Of a stretch of 15,591 bases of DNA, positions 6,248-14,407 are shown piece after piece. The position numbers were made by a program, and so were the translations under genes. The stretch covers positions 1-15,591 of the forward strand of contig JBDKUT010000104.1 of NCBI GenBank assembly GCA_039679545.1, read 5' to 3'. Every line of letters begins with the position of its first letter. The stretch's first letter is position 1. Below the pieces are notes generated by a model, which saw only the letters and a list, made by a program, of their open reading frames with translations, was not told the DNA's origin and ran no database searches. The stretch comes from Thermotogota bacterium (GTDB lineage: Bacteria; Bipolaricaulota; Bipolaricaulia; UBA7950; UBA9294).

Positions 6248-7597
6248 TCACGACGAGGAGTCCCCGCCGCGTCGGTCGACGGTTGAGAGAATGTAGGCGT
6301 GCTTCCCGGCGGGCAGAGGGTCGATGCGCTCCACGAGAGACAGCTCGACGGTCGCTCGATTGCCCAGAAGTGCCTGGGCGCGGCGGAGAATCGTGCGTCG
6401 GGTCTCGTCGCCGAACGTCGGCTCGGGGACGACGACGATGGCGTACCGATTGGGCGCGGTTTGAACGAGCTGGAACTGCCGGATCCCGGTGAGGTCGTAG
6501 AAGATCCCGCCCAGGCCCGTGGCTTCAATGTCCCGTCCGTCCGGCAGAGTGATCCGGTCCGAAACGCGCCCGAGGACGGAGCGAAGAAGCGGCGAGGTCC
6601 GCCCGCACGAGCAGGTGCCGTCGTCCGGGATTACTCGATCGGCGAGCTCGTAGCGGAGGAACGGCATCCCGTAGTTGAAGAGGTCCGTGATCACGATTCG
6701 GCGCTCGTCGGTTCTCGTCTCGATCGAAGGGGAGTCCGGAGAGAGAAGCTCGATCCACAGGCTCCCGACGTTCTGGTGGAGCTTGTGATTCTCGCAATCG
6801 TGAGCGATGTAGCCGACCTCCGCTGCGCTGTACCGCTCGAAGACGGGGCATCCGAACCCGTGCTCGATCGTCTCTCGAGGTCCCGGCAAGAGAACCTCGC
6901 CGATGGAGATCGCCGACCTTAGGGGGAGCGCTGCCGAGCTCCCCGTCTCGAGGCGCCGCCGCGCCAGGAGGTTGAGGATGGACGGGTACCCGATGAGCGT
7001 CACGGCCTTGGACCGCCCGATCCGGTCAAGAAGACGGTCGATCTGGGCGTTCCCGAGGGCGCGAGGCTCGAGGACGAGCTGGTTCTCGAGGAATTGCACG
7101 ACGCGGGGCTTCGGGTGCCAGAAGAGGAGGCGTAAGAAGACGTGGGGTTCGCCGATGGAGTAGCCGGCCCAGCGACCGAAGAAGAGCGTCTCGGCGCGCA
7201 CGCGGTCCCGGCGCCTTCGGTCCATGAGAAACAAGAACGGCGCGCCGGTCGATCCGTTCGTGTGCCCTTCGACGAGCGCCCTGCGGGGAAACGCTGAGGA
7301 AACGAACTCGACGAATCGATCCTTGATCAGGCGCTTGTCGACGATCGGCAGCTCGGCGAGCACCTCGAGCGCGGTGTCCGCGTTGACGTGAGGCGGGATC
7401 CGGTCCCGATAGAACGATGTCGTGTCGCGAGCATGGGCGAGGACCATCGCGAGGCGCTCCCTCTGCCAGCGAAGCCTCTCCGCCGGCGCCATGCAATCGA
7501 CAGCGTCCAGCTCGGCGACCTGACGACACACCGGCGCCCCGCGGAGACGGTCCAGGACGGTGAAACCGAACGCCCGCGCTCGTTCCAGTTCTCGCAC
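6248..7597 (-). CDS. Phenylacetate-CoA ligase-like (PaaK/CapK) adenylate-forming enzyme
   Basis: LPIVDK, HTNGSTGAP, GYPS, ISIGE, RYSAAEVG, ITDLFNYGMPFLRY, CSCGR, GRVSD and IRQFQLVQ motifs. Start moved to GTG 7597, which follows SD AGGAGGAG. Confidence 0.88.
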   Translation of the reverse strand: MRELERARAFGFTVLDRLRGAPVCRQVAELDAVDCMAPAERLRWQRERLAMVLAHARDTTSFYRDRIPPHVNADTALEVLAELPIVDKRLIKDRFVEFVSSAFPRRALVEGHTNGSTGAPFLFLMDRRRRDRVRAETLFFGRWAGYSIGEPHVFLRLLFWHPKPRVVQFLENQLVLEPRALGNAQIDRLLDRIGRSKAVTLIGYPSILNLLARRRLETGSSAALPLRSAISIGEVLLPGPRETIEHGFGCPVFERYSAAEVGYIAHDCENHKLHQNVGSLWIELLSPDSPSIETRTDERRIVITDLFNYGMPFLRYELADRVIPDDGTCSCGRTSPLLRSVLGRVSDRITLPDGRDIEATGLGGIFYDLTGIRQFQLVQTAPNRYAIVVVPEPTFGDETRRTILRRAQALLGNRATVELSLVERIDPLPAGKHAYILSTVDRRGGDSSS

Positions 7598-7626
7598 CGG
7601 CTCCTCCTGAGAGCTGAACGGCCGCG

Positions 7627-8268
7627 TCAGCCGGGCGGCTGGGTCTCCATCGAACGGACGACCTTGGCCGGAGCACCGTACGCGAAGCAGCCGGGGGGCA
7701 GGTCCTCGAGGACGACGGATCCCGCTCCGACAACGGCCCATGCGCCGACGGAGACGAGCGGAGCCACCTTGACGCCGATCCCGAGGAACGCGCCCTCCTC
7801 GATGATCGCGCCGCCTCCGAGGTTCACTCCCGGGGCGACCTGGGCGAAATCTTCAACGACACAGTCATGGCCCACGGAGCAGTGGGTATTCAGGATGACG
7901 CCGTCGCCGACGCGGGCCCCGGCGTTCGCCACCGCTCCGGCGACGGCGATCGTTCCGGTCCCAACGTGGGCACGTGGGGAGATGGCCGTGAACGGATGCA
8001 CGATGGTGACGAGCGACTTGCCTGCCTTCAGCAAGAGTCGACTGACTTCCTGCCGGCGTCGGTTGTCTCCGATGGCGACGAAGACAAGCTCCGCCGAGTC
8101 GTCTGCAAGGAGAAGAGACATGGGGCCTGCGATGGGAACGCCGAAAACGAATCGGCGCTCGGGCGCGTCGTCGTAGAACGAAGGTTCGAGCGCGCTTCCG
8201 TGGATCACGGAAAGGCAATCGAAGACGGCGCCTCCGTGTCCTCCCGCTCCGACGATGGCGATCTTCAT
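7627..8268 (-). CDS. NeuD/PglD-family sugar O/N-acetyltransferase (hexapeptide repeat)
   Basis: MKIAIVGAGGHG, VAIGDNRRR, TIVHP, hexapeptide repeats with GHDC, VGAGSVV and YGAPAK. Start moved to ATG 8268, which follows GGAGG. Confidence 0.92.
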   Translation of the reverse strand: MKIAIVGAGGHGGAVFDCLSVIHGSALEPSFYDDAPERRFVFGVPIAGPMSLLLADDSAELVFVAIGDNRRRQEVSRLLLKAGKSLVTIVHPFTAISPRAHVGTGTIAVAGAVANAGARVGDGVILNTHCSVGHDCVVEDFAQVAPGVNLGGGAIIEEGAFLGIGVKVAPLVSVGAWAVVGAGSVVLEDLPPGCFAYGAPAKVVRSMETQPPG

Positions 8269-8290
8269 CGTGCCTCCGTTGCCCTGCGCC

Positions 8291-8296
8291 ATTCTA
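8291..8296 (-). promoter_or_regulatory. Candidate -10 element for the acetyltransferase-ligase pair
   Basis: TAGAAT on the minus strand 22 nt upstream of ATG 8268. No convincing -35 element. Confidence 0.35.
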
Positions 8297-8317
8297 CTCG
8301 AACATCCTCCGGCGGCG

Positions 8318-8560
8318 TCATCCGCCTCCGACAGGCGGGAACAGGCCGACCCGGTCGCCCGCGGTGAGGGGGACGTCACGATCGTGAACGATGCGTCCGT
8401 TGACGATGGCGAGGTGGATGTCCGCAGGTGCCAAAGACAGCGCCGCCGCGAGGAACGCGATGGACGTTCCATCGCGGATTTCGACGGTGAACGGCTCGCC
8501 GGCGCGGAGCCCCGGCTGCGCGGCGATCAGGGACCCGTGAAGCCGCACCTCGACGTTCAC
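8318..8560 (-). CDS. MoaD/ThiS-family sulfur-carrier (ubiquitin-like) protein, 80 aa
   Basis: VNVEVRLHGSL...AIVNGRIV...LTAGDRVGLFPPVGGG-stop, the canonical C-terminal Gly-Gly. GTG 8560 overlaps the upstream TGA. This is the C-terminus of the tracked 8318..10234 ORF. Confidence 0.9.
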   Translation of the reverse strand: MNVEVRLHGSLIAAQPGLRAGEPFTVEIRDGTSIAFLAAALSLAPADIHLAIVNGRIVHDRDVPLTAGDRVGLFPPVGGG

Positions 8561-8841
8561 GAGCCCTTCCCTTTGGGTTGGAAGTACCACTTGTAGAGAA
8601 GCTGCATGTCGTCGGGGAAAAGACCGAGGCGCGCCCCGTCGGGGACCGGAGAGTGTCGATCTGCGTAGTGGCCGTCGACGAAGAGGTTCGCGCCGAGATC
8701 TGCATCCGGAATGCCAAGGCGCGCAACCACGGAGCCGACCGTGTCCCCCTCCCGGTGCGGCACGGAGACCACAGAATCGGACTTCGGGCTTCCTCCCGGA
8801 GCGAACCGGCGTAGCTTCCCGTAGAGATGAACGTCGATCAT
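8557..8841 (-). CDS. MoaD/ThiS-like beta-grasp protein lacking the terminal Gly-Gly
   Basis: IDVHLYGKLRRF...TVGSVVARLGIP...LFVDG...VPDGARLGLFP aligns by eye with the neighbouring MoaD, but the protein ends DDMQLLYKWYFQPKGKGS. Confidence 0.82.
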   Translation of the reverse strand: MIDVHLYGKLRRFAPGGSPKSDSVVSVPHREGDTVGSVVARLGIPDADLGANLFVDGHYADRHSPVPDGARLGLFPDDMQLLYKWYFQPKGKGS

Positions 8842-8847
8842 CGCGAA

Positions 8848-8881
8848 GGGAGGCCGCCGTCCGAGACGGCCTCCCCGTCTC
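8848..8881 (-). promoter_or_regulatory. Alternative hairpins in the aor-to-Ubl spacer
   Basis: GGGAGGCCG (8848-8856) pairs with CGGCCTCCC (8867-8875). A mutually exclusive pairing is GAGACGG (8863-8869) with CCGTCTC (8875-8881). Confidence 0.5.
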
Positions 8882-8883
8882 CT

Positions 8884-10629
8884 CTAGGAGGCAAACACCC
8901 GGTCGAGTTCGCGGTCCGCGATGTCCCACACGGTGTTGTGAGGCGGAAGCGGCTCGCTCCGCATGAACTCCGGCAGCCGGTCGTCGAGCGCCGTGAATCC
9001 TGCTCTGCGGTTGAAGTCGCGCTCGAGGTCGAGGACCTCCTTCCCGATTCGGGCCACGTCGTTCATCGTCCACTTCGTCCCGAGGACGCCGTTGCACTCC
9101 TCGACGGTCCCCTCGAACCCCGAGGCGATGTCGAGGATCGCGAACGCGATGAACAGGCAGTGGCCGGTCGTGTCGATGAACGCGGTGGCGTACTGGAAGT
9201 TGCGCGCCAGCTCGGCTTTGTCCGGGTTGAGCGGATCGAGCTTCCCCGAGACGCCGAGGATCTCGGGAGCGATCGTGTACCCCGAGGTGTGGTCGGCGCC
9301 CATGGTCGAGACGGCGTACGTCATCCCGATTCCCTTGACGGCTCGCGGCTCGTAGGCCGGCATGTTCTGGCCCTTCACGTGCGGCACGCGGGCCACGCCG
9401 AACGCGCGGCCGGTGACCACGGCCCCGTTCCCGAGGATTCGGCCGAGCGGCGTGCCCCGTCCGATTTCGTGGAGAAGCTCGATCGCCCGCTTGCCGTCGC
9501 CGAACCGCCACACTCCGCCGTCCGCCGCCACGGCCAGCGTGCCGCCGGTCTCGATCGTGTCGAGCCCGTACTCGTTGCAGAGCAGATTCAGCTCGGCGAT
9601 GTCGTCGAGGTCGTCGATTCCGCAGTCGGCGCCGAAGGCCCAGTCGGACTCGTACTCGATGCATGAGGTGTGCTCGCCTCCGCCGGGACGGTGCCACGTG
9701 TTCGAGCAGCGAATCACACAACCGGGCGAGCAAGCGTGGTTGTAGACCTCGGCCCCCGTGCGCTCCTTGTTTCCGGCGAAGATTGCCTCTCCCGCGATCT
9801 TCGCCGCTCCTTCGAAGCGGCCCTCGCGGAAGTTGCGCGTCGGCAGCCCGCCGGCCTCGTTCAGGATGTTTACCAGCACGGCGGTGCCGTAGCTGTTGAG
9901 CGCGCCCTTCGGCTTCGTGATCGCGTGCTCGCCGAGCGCCGCGCCGAGCTTCTTCCTCCCCTGATCGAACAGCGCTTTGTCGGCCAGCGGGATCTCCTTG
10001 GCGCCGGACTCGACGACGACGATCGCCTTCAAACCTTTGCTGCCGAGCACCGCGCCGAGACCTCCGCGGCCGGCGTAGCGACTGGGGCGCCCTTCCTGAT
10101 CGTTGAAGCAGACTCCGGCCGCCGCCATGCAGAACTCGCCCGCCGCACCGATCGCGCAGACGTCGACCTCCTCTTTCCCGCCGAAACGGGCGAAGAGCGT
10201 AGGATAGACCTCGGACAACCGCTTGCCGCACCACGCATCGGCGGGCTCGAAGGTCGCTCCCTTCGCGTTGACCTTAAGGAGCCAAAGCCCCTCCTCCTTC
10301 GGCTGACCTTCGACGACGATCGCGCGGATCCCAAGGCGCGCGAGGCGCCGCCCCCATCCAGTTCCGGCGTTCGACTCCTTGATGCCCCCGGTCAGCGGCG
10401 ACTTCCCGCCCACCGAGATCCGCGAGGACGTGGGGGATGCCGTCCCGGTCACGATCCCCGGCGAGAAGACGACCTTGTTGTTCGGTCCGAGGGGGTGACA
10501 GGTCGGCGGGACCTCGTCGTGAACGATGCTTGATGTCAACCATCGCCCCGCCCGGTTTCGGTACGCCTCCGGCATCGGCTCGAACGACGCCGTTCGGTCT
10601 GTCATGTTGACGCGAAGGATGCGCTCCAT
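8884..10629 (-). CDS. aor: Aldehyde:ferredoxin oxidoreductase (tungstopterin AOR family)
   Basis: KSPLTGGIKESNAG, AGRGGLGAVLGSKGLKAI, LPTRNF, Fe-S cysteines ACSPGCVIRC and GHCLF, EYES, GLDTIE, AYEPR, GADHT and DDRLP. Start moved to ATG 10629 after AGGAGG. Confidence 0.96.
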   Translation of the reverse strand: MERILRVNMTDRTASFEPMPEAYRNRAGRWLTSSIVHDEVPPTCHPLGPNNKVVFSPGIVTGTASPTSSRISVGGKSPLTGGIKESNAGTGWGRRLARLGIRAIVVEGQPKEEGLWLLKVNAKGATFEPADAWCGKRLSEVYPTLFARFGGKEEVDVCAIGAAGEFCMAAAGVCFNDQEGRPSRYAGRGGLGAVLGSKGLKAIVVVESGAKEIPLADKALFDQGRKKLGAALGEHAITKPKGALNSYGTAVLVNILNEAGGLPTRNFREGRFEGAAKIAGEAIFAGNKERTGAEVYNHACSPGCVIRCSNTWHRPGGGEHTSCIEYESDWAFGADCGIDDLDDIAELNLLCNEYGLDTIETGGTLAVAADGGVWRFGDGKRAIELLHEIGRGTPLGRILGNGAVVTGRAFGVARVPHVKGQNMPAYEPRAVKGIGMTYAVSTMGADHTSGYTIAPEILGVSGKLDPLNPDKAELARNFQYATAFIDTTGHCLFIAFAILDIASGFEGTVEECNGVLGTKWTMNDVARIGKEVLDLERDFNRRAGFTALDDRLPEFMRSEPLPPHNTVWDIADRELDRVFAS

Positions 10630-10815
10630 CCCTTCCTCCTTCCCACTCTCGCTACGGGCCGACCGCCCTCCGTTCGGCCCCAAGCCTACAGGTCTAGCAC
10701 GTTTCGCGTTGCCGGGTCAACCGATGGCGCTTTCCACGCGTGACTTGGCCGAACGCAACGCGAGGCGCAGAATGGAGAGCCGGAACTCGGCCGCGAGGAG
10801 GCGGGAGGTGTCAAC

Positions 10816-12555
10816 GTGAAGAACGAGCTGGTCGCCAGGATTCTGTACGAGATCGCCGACCTCCTCGACCTCGAGGGCGTCCAGTTCAAGCCGCGTGCGT
10901 ATCGCAGAGCCGCCGAGGTGGTCGAGACGCTTGCCGAGCCGATCGAGGACCTGGTCGCGGACGGAGCGCACGCCGAACTCCCCGGCGTCGGCGAGGCGAT
11001 TGCGAAGAAAATTGCGGAGATCGTCGAGACGGGGCACCTGAAGTACCACGACGAGCTCAAGGCGAAGCTCCCCATCGACCTTCACGCCCTCACCCGCGTC
11101 GACGGCGTCGGGCCCAAGACGGCCAAGCTCCTCTACGACGTGCTCGGGGTGAAGACCCTCGACGACCTCGAACGGGCGGCTCGCGCGGGGAAGATCCAAA
11201 CCGTGAAGGGCCTTGGGGAGAAGACCGAGGCGAAGATCCTCCGCGGGCTTGACGAGACGCGCGGCGTCGAGGGCCGGATGTTGCTCGGTGCGGCGCTTCC
11301 GCTCGCCGAGGAACTCGTCGCCGAGCTGCGATCCACGGGCCTGTTCAAGCGCGTCGAGTACGCCGGGTCGGTCCGTCGCGGCCGAGAGACCATTGGGGAC
11401 CTCGACATCCTGGCTGTCAGCACCAATCCCACGTCCGCGGTCGCCGCGTTCCTCGCGTTGCCTGAAGTCGTCGAGATCCTGTCGCGCGGCGAGACGAAGG
11501 CGTCGGTGAGGCTCGGAAACGGCGTCCAGGTCGATCTGCGCGTCGTCCCCGCCGAGTCGTTCGGCGCAGCACTCCAGTACTTCACCGGCTCCAAGGCGCA
11601 CAACATCGAGCTGCGGAAGCTGGCCGTGGCGCGCGGCTGGAAGCTGAACGAGTACGGGCTCTACGACGCCGGAGACCAGGCGCTGGCGGGCAAGGACGAG
11701 GCCGACGTGTACCGGGCCCTCGGCCTCGAGCCGATCCCTCCCGAACTGCGCGAGGACACAGGCGAGATCGAGGCCGCCGCCGAAGCGACAGCGGGCAAAG
11801 GGCGCAGGGGCAGCCGCTTGCCCCATCTCGTCGAACTCGCCGACCTGCGGGGCGACCTCCACGTCCACACCGACGCTTCGGACGGCCTCGCGTCCATCGC
11901 CGACATGGTCGCCGCGGCGCGGGCTCGCGGGCTCAAGTACATTGCGATCACCGACCACACCCGGTTCGCCGAGATCATCGGCGGACTCAACGTCGACGAC
12001 GTGGCGGGCCAGATCGACGCGATCGGCAAGCTCAACAAGACCCTGCGCGGCTTCCACGTTCTAACAGGCATCGAAGTCAACATCCAACCCGACGGCTCGC
12101 TCGATCTGCCCGACGACATCCTCGCGGCACTCGACGTCGTCGTGGCCGCCGTCCACTCTCACTTCCGCCTCGGAAAGGACGAGATGACGGCTCGTTTGCA
12201 GCGAGCTTGCGAGAACGAGCACGTCGACATTCTCGCCCACCCCACGGGCCGCAAGATCGGCGAGCGCCCGCCGTACGACGCCGATTGGGACGCCGTGTTC
12301 GCCGCCGCCGCCAAGACCGGCACCGCGCTCGAGATCAACGCCAACCCCATCCGCCTTGACCTCTCCGCCGAACTCGTACGCCGCGCCCTTGCGGCCGGGT
12401 GCAAGCTCTCCATCGGCTCTGATGCCCACGCCCCCGAGCACTTCGACTTCCTCCGCCTTGGCGTTCTCACCGCGCGGCGTGGGTGGGCCCAGGCGAAAGA
12501 CGTGGTGAACGCAGGGGATTCGGTCGGGCTGTGCGCTTTCGACAAGCGGGGCTGA
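10816..12555 (+). CDS. polX: DNA polymerase X family with C-terminal PHP exonuclease domain
   Basis: KPRAYRRAA, HhH motifs, AGSVRRGRETIGDLDIL, VDLR, YFTGSKAHN, LNEYGL and IPPELRE, plus PHP motifs DLHVHT, ITDH, AHPTGR and GSDAH. SD GGAGGTG before GTG. Confidence 0.96.
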   Translation: MKNELVARILYEIADLLDLEGVQFKPRAYRRAAEVVETLAEPIEDLVADGAHAELPGVGEAIAKKIAEIVETGHLKYHDELKAKLPIDLHALTRVDGVGPKTAKLLYDVLGVKTLDDLERAARAGKIQTVKGLGEKTEAKILRGLDETRGVEGRMLLGAALPLAEELVAELRSTGLFKRVEYAGSVRRGRETIGDLDILAVSTNPTSAVAAFLALPEVVEILSRGETKASVRLGNGVQVDLRVVPAESFGAALQYFTGSKAHNIELRKLAVARGWKLNEYGLYDAGDQALAGKDEADVYRALGLEPIPPELREDTGEIEAAAEATAGKGRRGSRLPHLVELADLRGDLHVHTDASDGLASIADMVAAARARGLKYIAITDHTRFAEIIGGLNVDDVAGQIDAIGKLNKTLRGFHVLTGIEVNIQPDGSLDLPDDILAALDVVVAAVHSHFRLGKDEMTARLQRACENEHVDILAHPTGRKIGERPPYDADWDAVFAAAAKTGTALEINANPIRLDLSAELVRRALAAGCKLSIGSDAHAPEHFDFLRLGVLTARRGWAQAKDVVNAGDSVGLCAFDKRG

Positions 12556-12713
12556 GCCGGGGATCCCGTTCCATCGCGTGGCCTGAGACCTCCGACGGCG
12601 CGGCAAGATGTGGCGTTTGCACCGAGCCAGCAGGCCCCAAGGGATTTCCAGGTCTTGCGCCGAAGAGCGGAAGCGCGTGGTCGAGGCGCTTCGTCCGCGT
12701 GACCGTCAGGGGT

Positions 12714-13499
12714 CTACTGTGCGTTGTCGGCGAAGCGCAGCTGCGCGATCACGGCGGCGACCCCGGCGAGGAACGTGACGGCGACCACGGCAAGACTGGC
12801 CGGCGCGAGCGCCGCCGCCGGTTGGCCGACGGAGCCGATCCACAGAGGGATGATCGACCAGGGGAACCAGGCCGCCCAGCCGGTCTTGCTGAACACCTGA
12901 CCGAGCGCCAGCATCGCGAGCGCGAAACCGAGAGGCAGCATGTAGCCGCGCCCGAGGAGGGCGATCCACGCGACGGCGGGCGCGAGCAAGTACGCGACGG
13001 CGGCGGCAACGAGCGCGTTCCGCACGGCCTGCACGGCCAAGGCCATCGAGAAGTCCGGCAGTCCGAGCAGGAGGCCGAGGGCAAACGCTTCAGCGACCAC
13101 GACGACCACGAGAGCGGCCCACCACACGGCCGCTACGGCGAGCTTCGCCAGCGCGAATTGGTGACGGCCTACCGGCAGCGCGAGAAGGTTCTTCGCCGTG
13201 CCGTCGGTGTACTCGCGCCCGAAGAGGTAGGCGACGAGGAAGGGGAGGAGAAGCATCCCGCCCATTCCGACCAAGAGCGTGAGGACGCCGGAGTAGGCCG
13301 GCCACGTCGCCGTGAGCCCGGAGAGGTTCGCCTTCGTGCCAAGTAGGCCGAGTTGGGTGGCCCGGCCCGGGTCTCGCACGATCCACATCATGAGCGCCAT
13401 TCCGAGCTGCCCCAGGGACAAGGCGACGAGCGAGAGCCACGTGACCTTGCTGCGCCGCAGCTTGAGGAATTCCGTTGCCAGGACGTGGGCGAACATCAC
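12714..13499 (-). CDS. ABC-2 type transporter permease (BcrB/lantibiotic-immunity-like)
   Basis: TEFLKLRRS N-terminus, FGREYTDGTAKNLLALPVGR and FPWS motifs, about 6 TM segments. Start is either GTG 13499 or ATG 13496, overlapping the ATPase stop. Confidence 0.9.
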   Translation of the reverse strand: MMFAHVLATEFLKLRRSKVTWLSLVALSLGQLGMALMMWIVRDPGRATQLGLLGTKANLSGLTATWPAYSGVLTLLVGMGGMLLLPFLVAYLFGREYTDGTAKNLLALPVGRHQFALAKLAVAAVWWAALVVVVVAEAFALGLLLGLPDFSMALAVQAVRNALVAAAVAYLLAPAVAWIALLGRGYMLPLGFALAMLALGQVFSKTGWAAWFPWSIIPLWIGSVGQPAAALAPASLAVVAVTFLAGVAAVIAQLRFADNAQ

Positions 13500-14407
13500 T
13501 CGGCACCTCCCGTGATCCGCAGGAAGTGCGCTTCCAAGTCCTCGTGCACCTGAGCAAGGTTCGTGACGTCGAGCCCGGAGCCGACGAGCAAGCGAGCGAT
13601 CTCGGGCACGCGTTCCTCGGCGTCGAAGACCCGGAGTCGACCGTCGGTTCGCTCGACGTGCGCAAACCCGGCGGCGGCGAGAAGCGTCGCCGCACGCTCG
13701 GGGTCCGACGCGCCGACCTCGACGTACAGGCGCTCCCTGGCGTGCAACTCCTCGCGGTCGAGTTCCTCGAGCAAGCGGCCCTCGTGCACGATGCCGATGC
13801 GGTCGGCCAGGTGAGCGACCTCGGCGAGGATGTGGCTCGACATGAAGACCGTGACGCCGTGTTCGCGCGCCAGCGAACGCAAGAGCTCGCGCACCTCGAC
13901 GATGCCGCTTGGGTCAAGGGCGTTCGCCGGCTCGTCCAGGATGAGAAGCTCCGGCTTGTTCAGAAGAGCACGGGCGAGCGACAGCCGCTGCTTGTTGCCG
14001 AGCGACAGCACGCCGGCGCGGCGGTCCGCGTGCGGGCCGAGCCGCATGAGGTCGATCGCCTTGGTGACTGAGGCTCGCGGCGCGCGCGTCAGCCGGCGCT
14101 GGATGTCGAGGTTCTCGCGTACGGTGAGGTTCGGGTACGCCGTAGCGCTTTCGACCAGGTAGCCGACGTGCGCAAAGACGCCGGTTGTTCCCGGTTGCAC
14201 GGGCTTGCCCAGGAGTTCGACGTCGCCGCTCGTGGGCCGGATGAGCCCGAGCAGCATCCGGATGGTCGTCGTCTTGCCGGCTCCGTTTCGGCCGAGGAAG
14301 CCGTAGATCTCGCCGCAGCGCACGTTGAGGCCGAGCGCGTCGACCGCGAGCACGTCGCGATAGCGCTTCGAGAGCGCGCGTGTAGCAATGGCGGCACGGG
14401 GATTCAT
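13496..14407 (-). CDS. ABC transporter ATP-binding protein (BcrA-like)
   Basis: Walker A GRNGAGKTT, signature LSLGNKQR, Walker B LLILDEP and H-loop SSH. Start moved to ATG 14407 (ATGA overlap with tetR). Confidence 0.94.
   Translation of the reverse strand: MNPRAAIATRALSKRYRDVLAVDALGLNVRCGEIYGFLGRNGAGKTTTIRMLLGLIRPTSGDVELLGKPVQPGTTGVFAHVGYLVESATAYPNLTVRENLDIQRRLTRAPRASVTKAIDLMRLGPHADRRAGVLSLGNKQRLSLARALLNKPELLILDEPANALDPSGIVEVRELLRSLAREHGVTVFMSSHILAEVAHLADRIGIVHEGRLLEELDREELHARERLYVEVGASDPERAATLLAAAGFAHVERTDGRLRVFDAEERVPEIARLLVGSGLDVTNLAQVHEDLEAHFLRITGGAE

Noticed and set aside
8318..10234. 638-aa ORF ending in a MoaD domain (apparent large fusion)
   Set aside because: The first ~560 codons are an Arg-rich alternative frame overlapping aor and the first Ubl gene. 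Only 8560-8318 is protein-like and it has its own coupled GTG start.
6248..10629. Single pathway joining AOR, the Ubl proteins and the adenylating ligase (Ubl conjugation or aldehyde-to-acyl-CoA route)
   Set aside because: The ligase is PaaK/ANL-type rather than a ThiF/E1 enzyme, no JAB or E2 gene is present, and a separate -10 element precedes the acetyltransferase. Co-orientation alone is insufficient.
10684..10773. Divergent promoters for aor (TTGACC-18-TAGACC) and polX (TTGGCC-17-CAGAAT), or a sigma-54 site
   Set aside because: Each sigma-70 candidate misses a key -10 base, and the GG/GC spacing does not fit sigma-54. Too weak to list as features.
10717..12057. 446-aa antisense ORF opposite polX, and similar shadows (4293-5039, 9670-10533, 2290-3288, 3167-4333)
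   Set aside because: Long shadow ORFs are expected in high-GC coding DNA. They have no recognisable motifs and overlap well-supported genes.
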